A stretch of DNA of 64,000 bases from Microthyrium microscopicum. Lineage: Eukaryota. The stretch is from positions 383,530 through 447,529 of the forward strand of contig MU004238.1 in assembly GCA_010405405.1 (NCBI GenBank), written 5' to 3'. Under the pieces are notes generated by a model that saw only the letters and a program-made list of their open reading frames with translations, was not told where the DNA came from and searched no databases. This document shows, piece after piece, positions 26,813 through 38,750 of this stretch. A program made the position numbers and the translations under genes. How positions within the stretch are numbered: position 1 is the stretch's first letter; each line of letters starts with the position of its first letter.

Positions 26813-28250
26813 TCACATCCTCCAGTCCTCCTTAATAAGATCCGCCGCCCTCTCAGCAACAGCATAAACACTCGTCGTAATAGGTCCCTTTGGAATCACA
26901 GGAAAGATACTAGCATCAACGACCCTCAAATTCCGCGTCCCATGAACTACAAGCCTATCATTCACCACCCCTCCAAAACCCTTCGGTAACATGGCACATG
27001 TTCCGCATGGATGGTATTGACTAATCGCACTCCCTCACCAACCTCTTCGCGCTATCCAGATCTCTCAGTGGTCCATAGCTCGGTACAACACGACCATCAA
27101 CCTTGAGCAATGAGGCCAACGGTTCAGTAGCCAGTATTTTCGTGCAAAAGAGGAGCAGACGCGCCTGTATCTCAATGTCTAGTGAATGAGAGAAGTATTT
27201 TGGGTCTATAGATGGTGGCTGTAGTGGATTGGCGGAACCTACTGTATGTGGCTGGACCAGCGAGAAAAGGGGTGGATTGGGGTTGGGATTATGGAGATGG
27301 AGTTTATGGCTTGGAGGTTATGTTTTGTGGAATTAGTGTTGACGATGAAACCGGTGGAGTCGGCGGGACCGGTGAGGATGGAGGCTAGATATTTTGTGCG
27401 GATGGCTTCTGCTTCTGATGTGGTAGAGGAGGAGATGTGCTGAACGATGAGGTCTAGGAGGAGTTGGGTGTCTGCTTCATTGGACATGGCGGCGGTGGGT
27501 ATGAAGGCTAGACGTTTGGTGCCTGCTACTAATGGCCCGGTTTGGAATTCGGTGCTGGGAGTTGTCACTTTGAGTTTGTATAAGATGTTTGGAAACCGAA
27601 GGACATACTACTGTCGAATGACCTCTGCAAGCTTGTGGGATCGCCAAGTGAATCCAAGGAATCGCTTTCATTCTCAACCTCTGCTGTCATTGGGGTCATT
27701 GGGTGATCTTGTAAGTTCTCGCCGACGTTGGAGTTCTATATGATAACTTCAATACCAAGAGACGTCAAGAGAGCTTCATCGCCAATTCCAGAATGCTCGA
27801 AAGGTTTCATACTTTCTGAAGTAGGGAGCCATGGTCTCGCGATCCCAGCCGTGGTTGCCGAGATCAGTCCAGACATCGAAGATTTTTGGGGATGGGTAAA
27901 TTGTTAAGAGCGCGTTGATTGCGCTGGATCCGCCGAGGACTATACGCATTGTCTAAGTGTGTACTTGCAGTTGTAATGGTGGATGTTCGTGCCTTTTCCT
28001 CTTGACTGGTCAAGAATCCTCCCATTCAACTACTCCTGCGGCTCTGTTTTATAACACCAGTCATATTCGGCATTCCCCCGTAGTTGACGTATATTGCCTG
28101 GATCTTTGATCTTTGGATCCGAATTTTTATTCTGCCCAGCTTCCAAGATGAGAACTTGAGTGTCTGCATCCACAGAAAGTCAATTTGCAATCACAAGACC
28201 GGTGGTTCCACCTGATGATACTGAATCATACTGCTCGGTGGTGTTGCCAT
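26813..28250 (-). pseudogene. GMC oxidoreductase pseudogene
   Basis: GGTTGLVIAN*LS..VLILEAG; YDWCYKTEPQE*LNGR..RGK, intron, then VLGGSSAIN; C-terminus YHPCGTCAMLP..GGVVNDRLVVHGTRNLRVVDASIFP..VYAVAERAADLIK. In-frame stops at 28180-28182 and 28030-28032, frameshifts, and a span too short for an intact GMC gene. Confidence 0.92.
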
Positions 28251-29093
28251 GCTTTCAAAATGGTCAGAAAATGAATTGTCATTTGCGAATAGTTGCTTAC
28301 TCTTGATATTTTGAAGACTTTAAGTACTGGTTGGCAGATCCTTTGGATATCACATAAGCACCGTATCTCTCTTTCAGAAATGGATGAAAAGGACAAGAGG
28401 AGTTACTAAAACCTTGCAGTTATTGGTGTGAGCTGTCGAGAATTACTGCAACTTGGCATTTAGTGGCGTTAGCCTTGGGTTTGTCGAGATTTACTTCTTG
28501 GTCCAGGTTGGTGCTTACAGCGTGTGAGCGTGCTAAAAAAGTGTGCTTATGTTGGTGTCATCCACACTCCGACTGTCCGATTGTCCGACGCCAGATGAAG
28601 TTTGTTGGTAGAAAGAAAGCATGGATTACTTCACTAGAAGATACTAATGGGCTTTACCTTCGAGTGAAAGTAAGGTAAATAAATCAAACAGGGCTCTATG
28701 TCTCGGTGCCGATTGAGATTTATCACCAGATCTGACTTGCATACACGGTCTGACCAGCGTGCAAACATGACTTGCATGGTTGATCTCACTGGAGAAGATC
28801 TTGGACACGCACCAATCATTGAACAATTGATAGACTTCATACTAAGTTTTTGAACACTGGCCATATCAATTGGCGCTGTTGTCTTGCTTCTGTTGCTTAC
28901 ACTGCCATGCTTAACAAAACATACGCATTAATGGAAGACTATCGCTGCAAATACTATATTACTGAAAGCTAAAGATCCAAGAAAAAGTCTAAACATACAA
29001 AATCTGGGGATAGGAAAACAAAACACATTCAAAACCAAGCCATAAAGAACCAACAATGCCAAATAGCTGCTACATCAAACGCAAATGATACCT

Positions 29094-29679
29094 CTAGTTG
29101 ATCATAACCGGAGCGGGAGCCTGACAAGCCGTGTTATACTGGATAGTCTGACTAGTAGCCGACACAACCTGGCTAGTAGCAGCATCATTCCAAATCTGCT
29201 GAATCAACGGCAACACTCCAGTGCATCTATAACCTCTATTAGCTTCCTAACTTTCATCTCAGTTGCGGTACATACCTTGCATTATTGATCGACTGCACAC
29301 CGGTGGCCACACTCGCTGCACTTCCTCCTCCATTGATGATAGTCATGAATCCAGCCGGCACAGCTGCAAAGTTGCCAGGCAAATTAGCACAAGCGGCCAC
29401 ACCAGCTGCCGAGAAGCTGCTGGTATCCCCGCACAAGAAGCTAAGACGTTTGGGCTCATCCATAACATTAACGCTGAGCACAGCGTTGGCGAGGTTCAGA
29501 ACATCGGCGGCAGAGAGTCCGGCGGCGGTGTCGAGGAAGTTGTTGACGTCGTCTACGTCGCCGGCCCAACCAGCAATTTGCTGAGTGATTTCGTCGGTGG
29601 TTGAGATGCGTTTGACAAGAGGGGTGGCGAGGGCGCTGGTGAGGGAGAGGAGGGCGATGAGGGAGGTTGATGTCTTCAT
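29094..29679 (-). CDS. Small secreted protein (~178 aa, 4 Cys), candidate effector; intron 29227-29275
   Basis: Signal peptide MKTSTSLIALLSLTSALA, short propeptide ending KR, GTATGT...CTAAT...TAG intron, exon 2 CTGVLPLIQQIW...TACQAPAPVMIN*. Confidence 0.85.
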
Positions 29680-30920
29680 TTTGAGTGGTGCGTTGATGGG
29701 GTTGAATTATGGGAGGCTGTTGGATAAGTTGGTAGATGAATTGGTTGGTGGACTGATATTCGGTTTCTGGATGACTGAAACTGTTTGGTGCTGGACTTTG
29801 AGGGCTTATATACTCCTTGTTTCTTCACGATGACTACTTTATCAGTTATCGTGACTACCTATTTTGGGTTGTTGGCATGGTCAGTGTCTTGCGCCTCCTT
29901 TGTCTCGCCCTGGAGGCATGCTCATCAACCATAATAGCAAGGTTCATTATAGCAGAGTATTATTCCCGCGGGTGTAAGCTCATCTTCTTGGATGACCATG
30001 TTCCGCGCCGAAATAGACAGTCATTGAAGAGAAAAGGTCGAACTTCAATATGTGTATAGAATAGGTGGTGCACTCAGAAGTCATGCATAAGAATAGCAAC
30101 TCCATCACTACCATACTACCAAGAATTACATTCGCAAAGAGGAATTCGACATATATTCATTTGGTCAAAGCGCAGAGAAATGAAACACATTTTCTATAAC
30201 AAGAAACGAATGCTGATGTCCATTGTCAATTGTGAGATTAAAAGGTATTCTAATATATCAGACGCTCAGACCCAGAAACTCAGCAGAGCCTAACTTCAGC
30301 GCAATCGAACCCAGAAGAATAGGAATGCCAACATCCTTACAGCTGTGGCTGCTCCTTACTATTGGTCCGTCTTCGTAGTCAGAATGTGCTCGGAAATAAG
30401 CTTTCATGCCCAGAGAGCTTGATTTGGCTTCACACATTGGCAACAGCATGCATTACAGTCAGACTGCGTGGCAGAGCTCAAGTGCGTCGAGCTTTGGTGT
30501 GAGATGCTTGACACCATAGTTTCGTTTGCAAGTTGCAACTTATGGTGATGAATCGAGCTTCTCAGCCTCGTCGAACCAAAAATATAGTACGATATTTGAG
30601 GTTATTTTCCAGATTGCAAATAGACCACCAAGCCGGTGATCTCAACCAATGTTTGATTGTTACGTAGGTAGTCTCAAGATGACATGCTTTAATAGAAGAG
30701 CAATATCTCAATATGCTTTCTTCAGCTTAACGCCTCCAAGAGGATCCAGACCACATCTTCCCTGCAGAATCTGCGGCTCGACAGATACCAAATATATCAT
30801 CGATAAAGCCGAATACTTTCATACCTAGATCACTAAACACCAAAATGGGGCATCAAGCTTCAGTCATTTGCATATCCATCGTCATCATGATCCATTGATA
30901 CTGCTCACTGCCGAAAACTT

Positions 30921-33899
30921 TCAGTGTGAGGCTTTCTTCTCATTCATTCGCTCAGCCCAGGTCTTCATTGGACGTCTAGGTCCAGGTCGTTTCTTGACCT
31001 GTTGCGTCCGATTCGCCAACAATATCTCCGTAGCTGATGGTTGCGCACGACGACTCGGACTTGGCACTTCGACATCTTCCGGTGGCATGTTTTCCTCGCC
31101 AGACACTGACACGATGACCGACATGCCACTCTCTGGATCCTTGGCCGGCGAGCTTGAAAGTAGAACGTATTTCTTCGCAGCAAATTCGACGTATTCATGT
31201 TCCGCCTCTGTTCTCTTGGGGTTTGTGGCGTGTCTGCGAATTGGCCGTGGCACTGGGTTGACTGATTCTGTTCTGCTGGGAGCTTGGATTGGACCTGTGC
31301 TTCTGGGGACGAAAAAGGATGACGTTGGCAAATTGCTCTCGGTCAGGTCGCTGGATTCTCGGTTACTCGAAGATGGTTTCTGGAAGAAGCTACTTAGTGT
31401 CCCTTGTCCTGGCATCAGCTTCTGCTTTCGTTTGCGAGGGACGTTGGTCTCTAGTTTCTTCGGTTGCTGTTGTGTGATCTTTTCGGGTTTCAATTGTGGC
31501 ATGTTGAAGTCTCGCCCTAGTGATGCCGCTGATGTAAATCCAGTCACCAGACTATGTCCAGTTTGAATGGAGTTAGAGTATCCAGCCTGCACTTGTGGTT
31601 GATAAGATGACAAGTAGAGCTCAGAGCTCGACTCAGTCTGACCTGTGTTTGTCATTGCCTTCAGCTTCTTCGCGGGTCGGAAACCTGCATGTTCTTCCTT
31701 TTTCGATGAGTCCCCGTAAACCAGTTGACGACCTGGGACATCAATAAGCTCATGATCCTCTAGGCAAGTACTGTTGAGCCGGATTTCGCGAAGTATATTC
31801 ATTGCGGGACATTCGCGTCTAAGAATGACTGCAGTCTGTTTCCAGACATCATCAGTATCCAGTGAAGGCCCTAAATGGGCAAATTTCTTGTGGAGACCAT
31901 CGGTTTTGAGGAAACTAGATAACACACAATTTTGCTCATCCCGATTCTCCGCTAATTTCGTTGGCCAGCTCAAGTATAGGAACACCTGCGCACGGGTCAT
32001 GCCAACGTAGAGAAGCCGTCGTTCTTCGTCATCGTTGTCAGAGCGTGAATGTGGAATTGATCCGTGGTAGACCGACGGAATGAAAACTACTGGCCATTCT
32101 AGACCTTTGGCCGCGTGAATAGTGGAAATAGTAACGACGTCGTTTGTTTGTCCATCAGCGGACAATTGAGCATCTGTCGCTAGTGCTACATTGATTAAGA
32201 ATTTGGAGAGGGTTGCTCGAGGGCCCGAGATAACTTCTTGTTGAACTCCATCAATCTCATAGAGCTTTTCTTCATCGGATTCTACGGGCTCTGCAGAGAT
32301 CGATTCGGCCTGCACCTTTAGTTGTTCAACGTTCTCCAGTCGATTTTGATACGTCTCGTCGTCTTTTGATTCTTTGCGTAGATATGCGTCAAATTGGATG
32401 TTTCGAATAATGAACTCAATCAGTGGAATCAGTGCGCCTTCTTCTGGGCCCATTGTCTCTAGATGCTGTTGCCCTCGAAAGATGATGTTGTAGAAAGTCT
32501 TCAATCCCGTCCAAGCTTGATTTGAAATCTTTGCCGTCGGCTTGTGTTCGTCTTTGGCCACTTTGGTGATGAGATTCCACAGAGTCCAGCCACGTCGCTC
32601 CGATTCTTCAACCAATGCCTTCACAGTGGCATCACCAACCTTTCTTGGTGGCTCATTCACCGTCCGCAAAACTGCATCTGTATGGTCGGGCTGAGCGATG
32701 ACGCGCATATAATCCAAGATTATCTTGACCTCTTTTCGATCAAAGAACTTGAAGCCACCAACCATGCGATACGGAACACCTGAAGCCCCCAATTGTGCTT
32801 CAATCTCCCTTGAAAGACTAGCAGAGCGCAGTAGAACCGCGAAATCTTGGTGCGACAGCATACCAGCGCTCAGCTCCTTGACACGCTTGATTTCCCTGAC
32901 AAGCCAGGCAGCTTCTTGTTTTGAGCTATCCAACTCTCTCAACACGGGAAGAGTACCCGAGTGATGCGTCGATTGCATGGTCTTTGATGGTCGTGAGGTG
33001 TCCTGCTCGATGACTTGCATAGAGTATTTCAAAATATTACCAGCAGATCGATAGTTCTCTTTCAGCATGATAGTGGAATGATCTTTGTACTGCCGTGTCA
33101 TTTTGTTAAGATTCTCGATTTCTGCGGAACGAAAACTGTAGATGCTCTGATCCGGATCACCAACGATGGTAATGCTTGCTGGTTTCTTGACACCTCTCCC
33201 TGTCCCGCCGCAAGCAAAACTTTTCATGAGCTCATATTGAACTGTATTTGTATCTTGGAATTCGTCAACTAGCACAGCTTCAATATTCGAAGCACAGTCG
33301 GGGTGTTTTGTCAGGAGCTCCAGGCACCGTAGAAGCAAATCGTCATAATCGAGTAGATTGGAGAGTTTTAGTGTATCCTCATATCGAGTGAAAAGTTCCT
33401 CGAATTCTTGGACTTCAACGCTCATGGGCCCTTTGCTCTGTCGCTCATTATCTGTTGTTGCTTTGCGGCGAGAAATTCGTGATCGTGCTTTGCCAGGCTC
33501 AATGTTGAAGGAATGCCGTTTTATGAGTCGCTTGATGATCGCGTTTGAGTCTGAAGTGTCTGCTATCCCAAAGTCTTTGGGAATTCCAATATGTTGTCCA
33601 TAAAAAGATAGATATCGTCGCGAGATGGAATGGAATGTCCCAAGTACCAATTTTGACTGTAATTCTTGTCCGATAAAGCCACGTATTCTTTCCTTCATCT
33701 CCTTGGCAGCTTTGATCGTAAATGTGCACACGATAATGTTCCATGGTTTGAGTCCATTGTGTTGGATCTGGTACGCGACGCGTGCTGTCAACGTTTTTGT
33801 CTTTCCAGAGCCTGGAGGAGCGAGAACTTGCAGCACTGGAGAGGTGCTTGTGACCGCGTCTTTCTGCTGTTCGTTCAGTCCTTCCAGTATCATATCCAT
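30921..33899 (-). CDS. srs2: UvrD/REP-family SF1 DNA helicase, Srs2 orthologue (992 aa, single exon)
   Basis: LAPPGSGKT, TFTIKAAKEMKER, LVDEFQDTN, VGDPDQSIYSFR, NYRS, STIHAAKGLEWP, EERRLLYVGMTRA; low-complexity C-terminal tail. Confidence 0.93.
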   Translation of the reverse strand: MDMILEGLNEQQKDAVTSTSPVLQVLAPPGSGKTKTLTARVAYQIQHNGLKPWNIIVCTFTIKAAKEMKERIRGFIGQELQSKLVLGTFHSISRRYLSFYGQHIGIPKDFGIADTSDSNAIIKRLIKRHSFNIEPGKARSRISRRKATTDNERQSKGPMSVEVQEFEELFTRYEDTLKLSNLLDYDDLLLRCLELLTKHPDCASNIEAVLVDEFQDTNTVQYELMKSFACGGTGRGVKKPASITIVGDPDQSIYSFRSAEIENLNKMTRQYKDHSTIMLKENYRSAGNILKYSMQVIEQDTSRPSKTMQSTHHSGTLPVLRELDSSKQEAAWLVREIKRVKELSAGMLSHQDFAVLLRSASLSREIEAQLGASGVPYRMVGGFKFFDRKEVKIILDYMRVIAQPDHTDAVLRTVNEPPRKVGDATVKALVEESERRGWTLWNLITKVAKDEHKPTAKISNQAWTGLKTFYNIIFRGQQHLETMGPEEGALIPLIEFIIRNIQFDAYLRKESKDDETYQNRLENVEQLKVQAESISAEPVESDEEKLYEIDGVQQEVISGPRATLSKFLINVALATDAQLSADGQTNDVVTISTIHAAKGLEWPVVFIPSVYHGSIPHSRSDNDDEERRLLYVGMTRAQVFLYLSWPTKLAENRDEQNCVLSSFLKTDGLHKKFAHLGPSLDTDDVWKQTAVILRRECPAMNILREIRLNSTCLEDHELIDVPGRQLVYGDSSKKEEHAGFRPAKKLKAMTNTGQTESSSELYLSSYQPQVQAGYSNSIQTGHSLVTGFTSAASLGRDFNMPQLKPEKITQQQPKKLETNVPRKRKQKLMPGQGTLSSFFQKPSSSNRESSDLTESNLPTSSFFVPRSTGPIQAPSRTESVNPVPRPIRRHATNPKRTEAEHEYVEFAAKKYVLLSSSPAKDPESGMSVIVSVSGEENMPPEDVEVPSPSRRAQPSATEILLANRTQQVKKRPGPRRPMKTWAERMNEKKASH

Positions 33900-34543
33900 G
33901 GCGGGCGACAGATCATGTAGGATAAGCCATGGTTTATTTACACGATTCCCAAAGTTTTGGGTTCGAAGCGCGATCTCGAGCCACGGAAGTTGCGCGCAGT
34001 CATGTGATCTGGCTCAGGTTGTGAGCTTTCATTGGCCAACTCCTCACGTCAGCCTCGTCCTCAGCCTTATGAAAACTCAACACCATGACTATCTCCAAAT
34101 CTTATCATGCAAATCATTCTACCGAGAACTCACAGTCACAAAGACAATAAATACGACTGTTGCAACTGAAATCCATGAAACTGTGTGATACTTCGCTATA
34201 TACTAGGTATTCAATGCTAAAAAGACCCAACAAAATAACATCAAATTTGTACTTATGGTACGTAAAAAGGAAAGAAGGTCCGCAAGCTCCGAGCAAGAAC
34301 CACCTCCAAGCCGATAGCAATATGCAAAAGCCGTAAGAACATTTAAAACAAGTCCCCATCATTCTGATCCAGTAGCAACCTGCAAAACCGGTGACAACAT
34401 TCAAAACAAGTACCAACCTCCAAAGCCAGTACCAATATGCGTAACAGGTAATGACCTACCAATCAGGTAACGATGTACAAAACAGATAATAATCGCAACC
34501 AAACCAAACTGTATGCAGCCCATCCATCCAACCACGTGAAAGC

Positions 34544-36174
34544 CTACTCCCCAAGCTGCTTCTTTTGCCGTGCTGTCCACTCGCTAAGGCTCATCTTGCC
34601 GTTAGCAAGCACTGGTTTTGTAGCTGCTTTCTGAGGTATCGCGGCGATCTCGGCTGCTTTAGAGGGGGCTTTCGCAGACGGCATTGGTGATAGCGCCTGT
34701 TCGTTAGAATTATCCTCCTCTGAGGTCGACTGGTCCGTAGAGCTGGCCTCCTTCTCGACTGCCTTCTTCGCCTTATACTCGGCGACTAATCGCTCTTCGT
34801 TCTCTTCGAAATACTGCGCCCAGCTCCATATGGGTGGGTTCGGGCTCGAAGGGGCCGTAGGCGGAGCCTTCTGCACTTTCTGGATCCGAACCTTCTCCGC
34901 CTTCTTCGCAGGAACCTTTTTGACTTTGGTTTCGGGTTTGTTCGCCAGATTGAACATACCTACCATGATAGGCTTTGCTGCGGGCTTCTTTTGGCTACCA
35001 TCTTTGACTGCATTGGGAGGCTCCATAGGAGCATTGGATGCTTTTGTAGAGGTTTGCCTATCACCAGAGCGGGAAGTTGTATTCGAGGTTTTGGTTCGCT
35101 TTTGAGGGACGGGGGCCGCGTCCTCACCATCTCGCGCGCGCTTCTTGCCACTACCGATGGGATGAAATCCCGATTCGGTAGGTTGCTTTGAAGCGACGCT
35201 CGTACTAGAAAGGGTAGAATGACCTTTTGGTGCGATCACACGAGTTGATGGTCTCATTGTTCCCTTGTAATCTATTGGAGGAAGCGGCTTTCGTACTGGT
35301 TTAACTTGAGGCCCACGCTCAGCCGCAAGTTTTTCAGCGCGTTTTTTCTCACGCTCCTTACGCTCAAGAGCGTCCTGTTGGTCCTCGCTCAGAGGCTTTT
35401 TAGCCTTTTTGTTGCGCTTTGCAGCGCGGCGCTTCGGCTTTTCTTCTTCGGCAACGTAATAATGACCGAAGTGGTCGTCATCATCATCGATAAAATCCTC
35501 GTCCTCGGAATTATATTCATTTTCATCGACGCGAGAACGTTTCTTGGATTGCACGCTCTTTGGCTTAGCAATGGCATGCTTGGGGGCGGGGCCTTGGGGA
35601 GCGGCATTAGTGGCAGTCCGACTACCTTTGACGCTCTTTTTCTCCATCTGACGACGAGCTTTATCCTTGGAGTGCGCCTTTTGGATCATGTCCATCTTAG
35701 TTTTGGGCTTTGGAGCCTCGCTCTCGTCGACTTTCGCACGTTTGGTTGAGGGAGGCAGGTCGATGTACTCAGGCTCGGAGCCGTTGAACAGAGAATCTAG
35801 GTCATCGTCTTCATATTGTGACTCAGTGGCCTTGCGCTTCAATGAAATTGGGGAATTGCTTTCGTTTGAGACCAAGGAAGCAGAATCTGAAGGAGCAAGC
35901 AGTTAGTCGCCGAAGACGGTTTTTGACATCAAGAATGGGATGAGGTCTTACCCTTGGGGGATCGAGAGCCGCTTGAGGCTCGCTTCTCTTCGGCCATTTC
36001 CTCGTCGAGCGAGTCCATATCCTCTTTGGCCTGGATAATGCCTTCAGCTTGTAGACGGCGTTCGCGTGAAATTTGGCGCAGCCGCTCAAATTCTTGCTTC
36101 TTCTCAGCTTCCTTTCGGAGCCGTCTTGCGTCAAGCGCATCTTGAGCACGAGACCAGTTGTCGTTGGAAGGCAT
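34544..36174 (-). CDS. Lys/Glu-rich, probably disordered nuclear protein (~521 aa) with weak SPT2-like motifs; intron 35887-35951
   Basis: ATG at 36174; a GTAAGA...CTAAC...CAG intron joins two ORFs in frame; basic NLS-like clusters; motifs SEDEDFIDDD and YKGTMRP. Confidence 0.75.
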
Positions 36175-38750
36175 GTTGGAGAAAGAGATGGGTGAGGTGT
36201 TTGTGAAGGAGAAAGAGAGTGCAGATGTTATAGAGTGGGCGGTGAGGATGATATCAGATCTCAAAGAGATCCTAGGTGAATATGGTGAGAGGTGCAGGTC
36301 CTAGAAGATTGTTCGAGGGACGCGTCGATATGGAAGAAGCTGATTATAAGCCTTGGAAATAGAATCGAACAGGTATAATGAAATGTGAAAGAAAGTAGGA
36401 AGTGTGGTGATGGAGGTTCAGTGATGGCAATGGCAACAAACAGGTGTTGATAAAAGTCTGATGGAGTTTTGCAGTGGTCAAAAGCTGTCAGAACTGAGGG
36501 TGGGTGGAAGAGGAGGAAGAGGACTTGAAGAGTGAGCAGTGGACAAAAGATTATATAGGGTTCAAGCTCCAAGGCTGCGATATGGAGGTGGTGGTTGATC
36601 ACCGTCCAAGTGACAATGGGGAAGTGACTGAGAGGTGGCTACAAAATTCAGCACCAATAAATCCATTGATGAGGTGCCTCGAGTGACATTTTACAGAGGT
36701 TATGCCAGTTACTTCAAAACTGCTGCTACTGGCAGTGACCTTACACATATCATGTGGAGAGACTTTGCGCGAGCGGACTCAAATGTCCAGATTCAACCTC
36801 GAGACAGCACATCGCTTATTGAACCAGGAAAGAGAGGTCACGTCTCGAGTGACCAGGCCTTTGATCGCATTTAGAGGTGGAAAACCTCTATGCTGATTCT
36901 TCGGCGAGTCCCAAGACTCAAACCATACGCAATGGTTGCATGATATCGTCCTAGGAACCTGTTACAAATATATTTCTCATTGTACTGGAAGGTCATATAT
37001 CTCATAGATTTCTATCGCTCACGCGCATGCAGATAGCTTTAGTCCTGCCAACAGCTAAGTCGAAGCTTGACAACGATATATGTACCAGATATAGATTCAT
37101 GTTTGTAATCTCTGACACTCCTTGACAATTGGCGTTGTGTTAGGTACTTTATCAATTTTGTGTCAAGCCATAGCACTGAATGATTGCTCTTCCCATCTGA
37201 CAGATCCAGCTCTCCAGAGCCGTCTAGACCTAGCTTTTTTGCCCCCTCTGTCCAAACATTCCAGAGTCCGACAAGACACCACTATGGTCTGCACTTGAGC
37301 GTAAGGAGATGAGGAGGTGGCGCAAAAGGTGGCTGAGCTAAGTCATGGAGAGTATATACGCGAGCCTGTCAAGCCTGTCTATCTTCATGTTCAAGCAGTT
37401 TTACGTACTGGTTCTACCCAATCAGATAGCATCATTCATGTCACTCTGTCAGAAGTAATCGAGTGAGTAATTAGGAGAAGCAGGAATGGTTTCAAGAATA
37501 CCTTAGGTGGACTCCTTGCTCATATGAAGACTTCCTCTGATAATTCGTGTGAAAGCACATCAGATCTTGATCAAAACTATACCCAAGGGGTTGATGCTCT
37601 CAGAGGACTTGAATGGTTCTGATGACGCGATTTACCGTCTGGTTCCCTTAGGATGACTGTTAGGTAGAAATTCATATTGAAAGCATACAAATGGTTTTGA
37701 GATATGAATATTTTCGGACTTCTATGCCTGCCGGTACTCTGTGGTCTCCAAACCATTGCTGCCGATGATTCATGTTTGGGAGGTAAATTCAGGCAATACA
37801 CGTTATGCAAGGTAGAGTTGTCATATTCCCAGCCTCCCAGAAAATTGTCAGGTTTTCTTATCAGGGTGTATCTCTTGAAGAGCAATGATCTATGCTCATC
37901 ACATTTGGTTTATTGAAATTTTCCATGAAGTTTTTTCCCAAGTAGTTTGATCGGTTTGATGGGTCAATGCTCCAGTAAAGATATCATCCATTCAATCTCT
38001 CGATGTTTGGTACTCTAAAGACGATAGCATTAGAATAACGTGTCGCCTCCACACAATCAATCTCACTATTCCCCTTTTTGTCGTCGAAAGGAGTGAGTTT
38101 CTTGGATGGATAATGTCAGCGACTTCCAAATCCCCATAACTTGTCCTACATAGGATACGCTGCGGTTACCATCAAGTGCATCAAGAACTTGGGAGATCAT
38201 CGCAAACGATTGGATTCAAAGCAGGCACTCTTCAAGTGGTCTTCTAGCAGCCTTTGTAGTTGATGGGAAGATCCTTGTGAACGGCTCAAAATAGTGAGTC
38301 TCCCAAGCTCGAAGGCAAGAACGATCAATGTACGGCAAGAGCATATTTCTGTTTCAATCCAGCACGGACATTTTATCCAAACCCGGCAGGCACTCTCAAG
38401 ATCTGGAATTCGATGAGTTTTGGTGATGGAGGCTTTGAACTTTGGATGATCTCCTGAGCCATCATCACTCCCACGCATCTGGCTGATCTTCTCACCCTTA
38501 TCCATCTGCTCTTGATCAAGCTGTTCATACACCCTCACTACAAACAGCAGCATCCGTATCGAAATCTGAGTCTGAGGCCGCACGGTCAATCCACGAGACT
38601 GCTGCCTATAAAGCTTCCTTCTCCACCACTTCTACTCCACTTCTGCTTCAGCATCCTCTCATACTCTAGCACACCCATCACATCACATTGTAGCCATCAG
38701 ATCATATCAAGACCACCGCACAACATCCCACTAACTCACAATCATCAGCC

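Noticed and set aside
27239..27743. Several short ORFs
   Set aside because: Fragments or antisense shadows of the GMC pseudogene.
30868..34188. Plus-strand ORFs of up to 232 aa
   Set aside because: Antisense to the Srs2 gene with no independent features.
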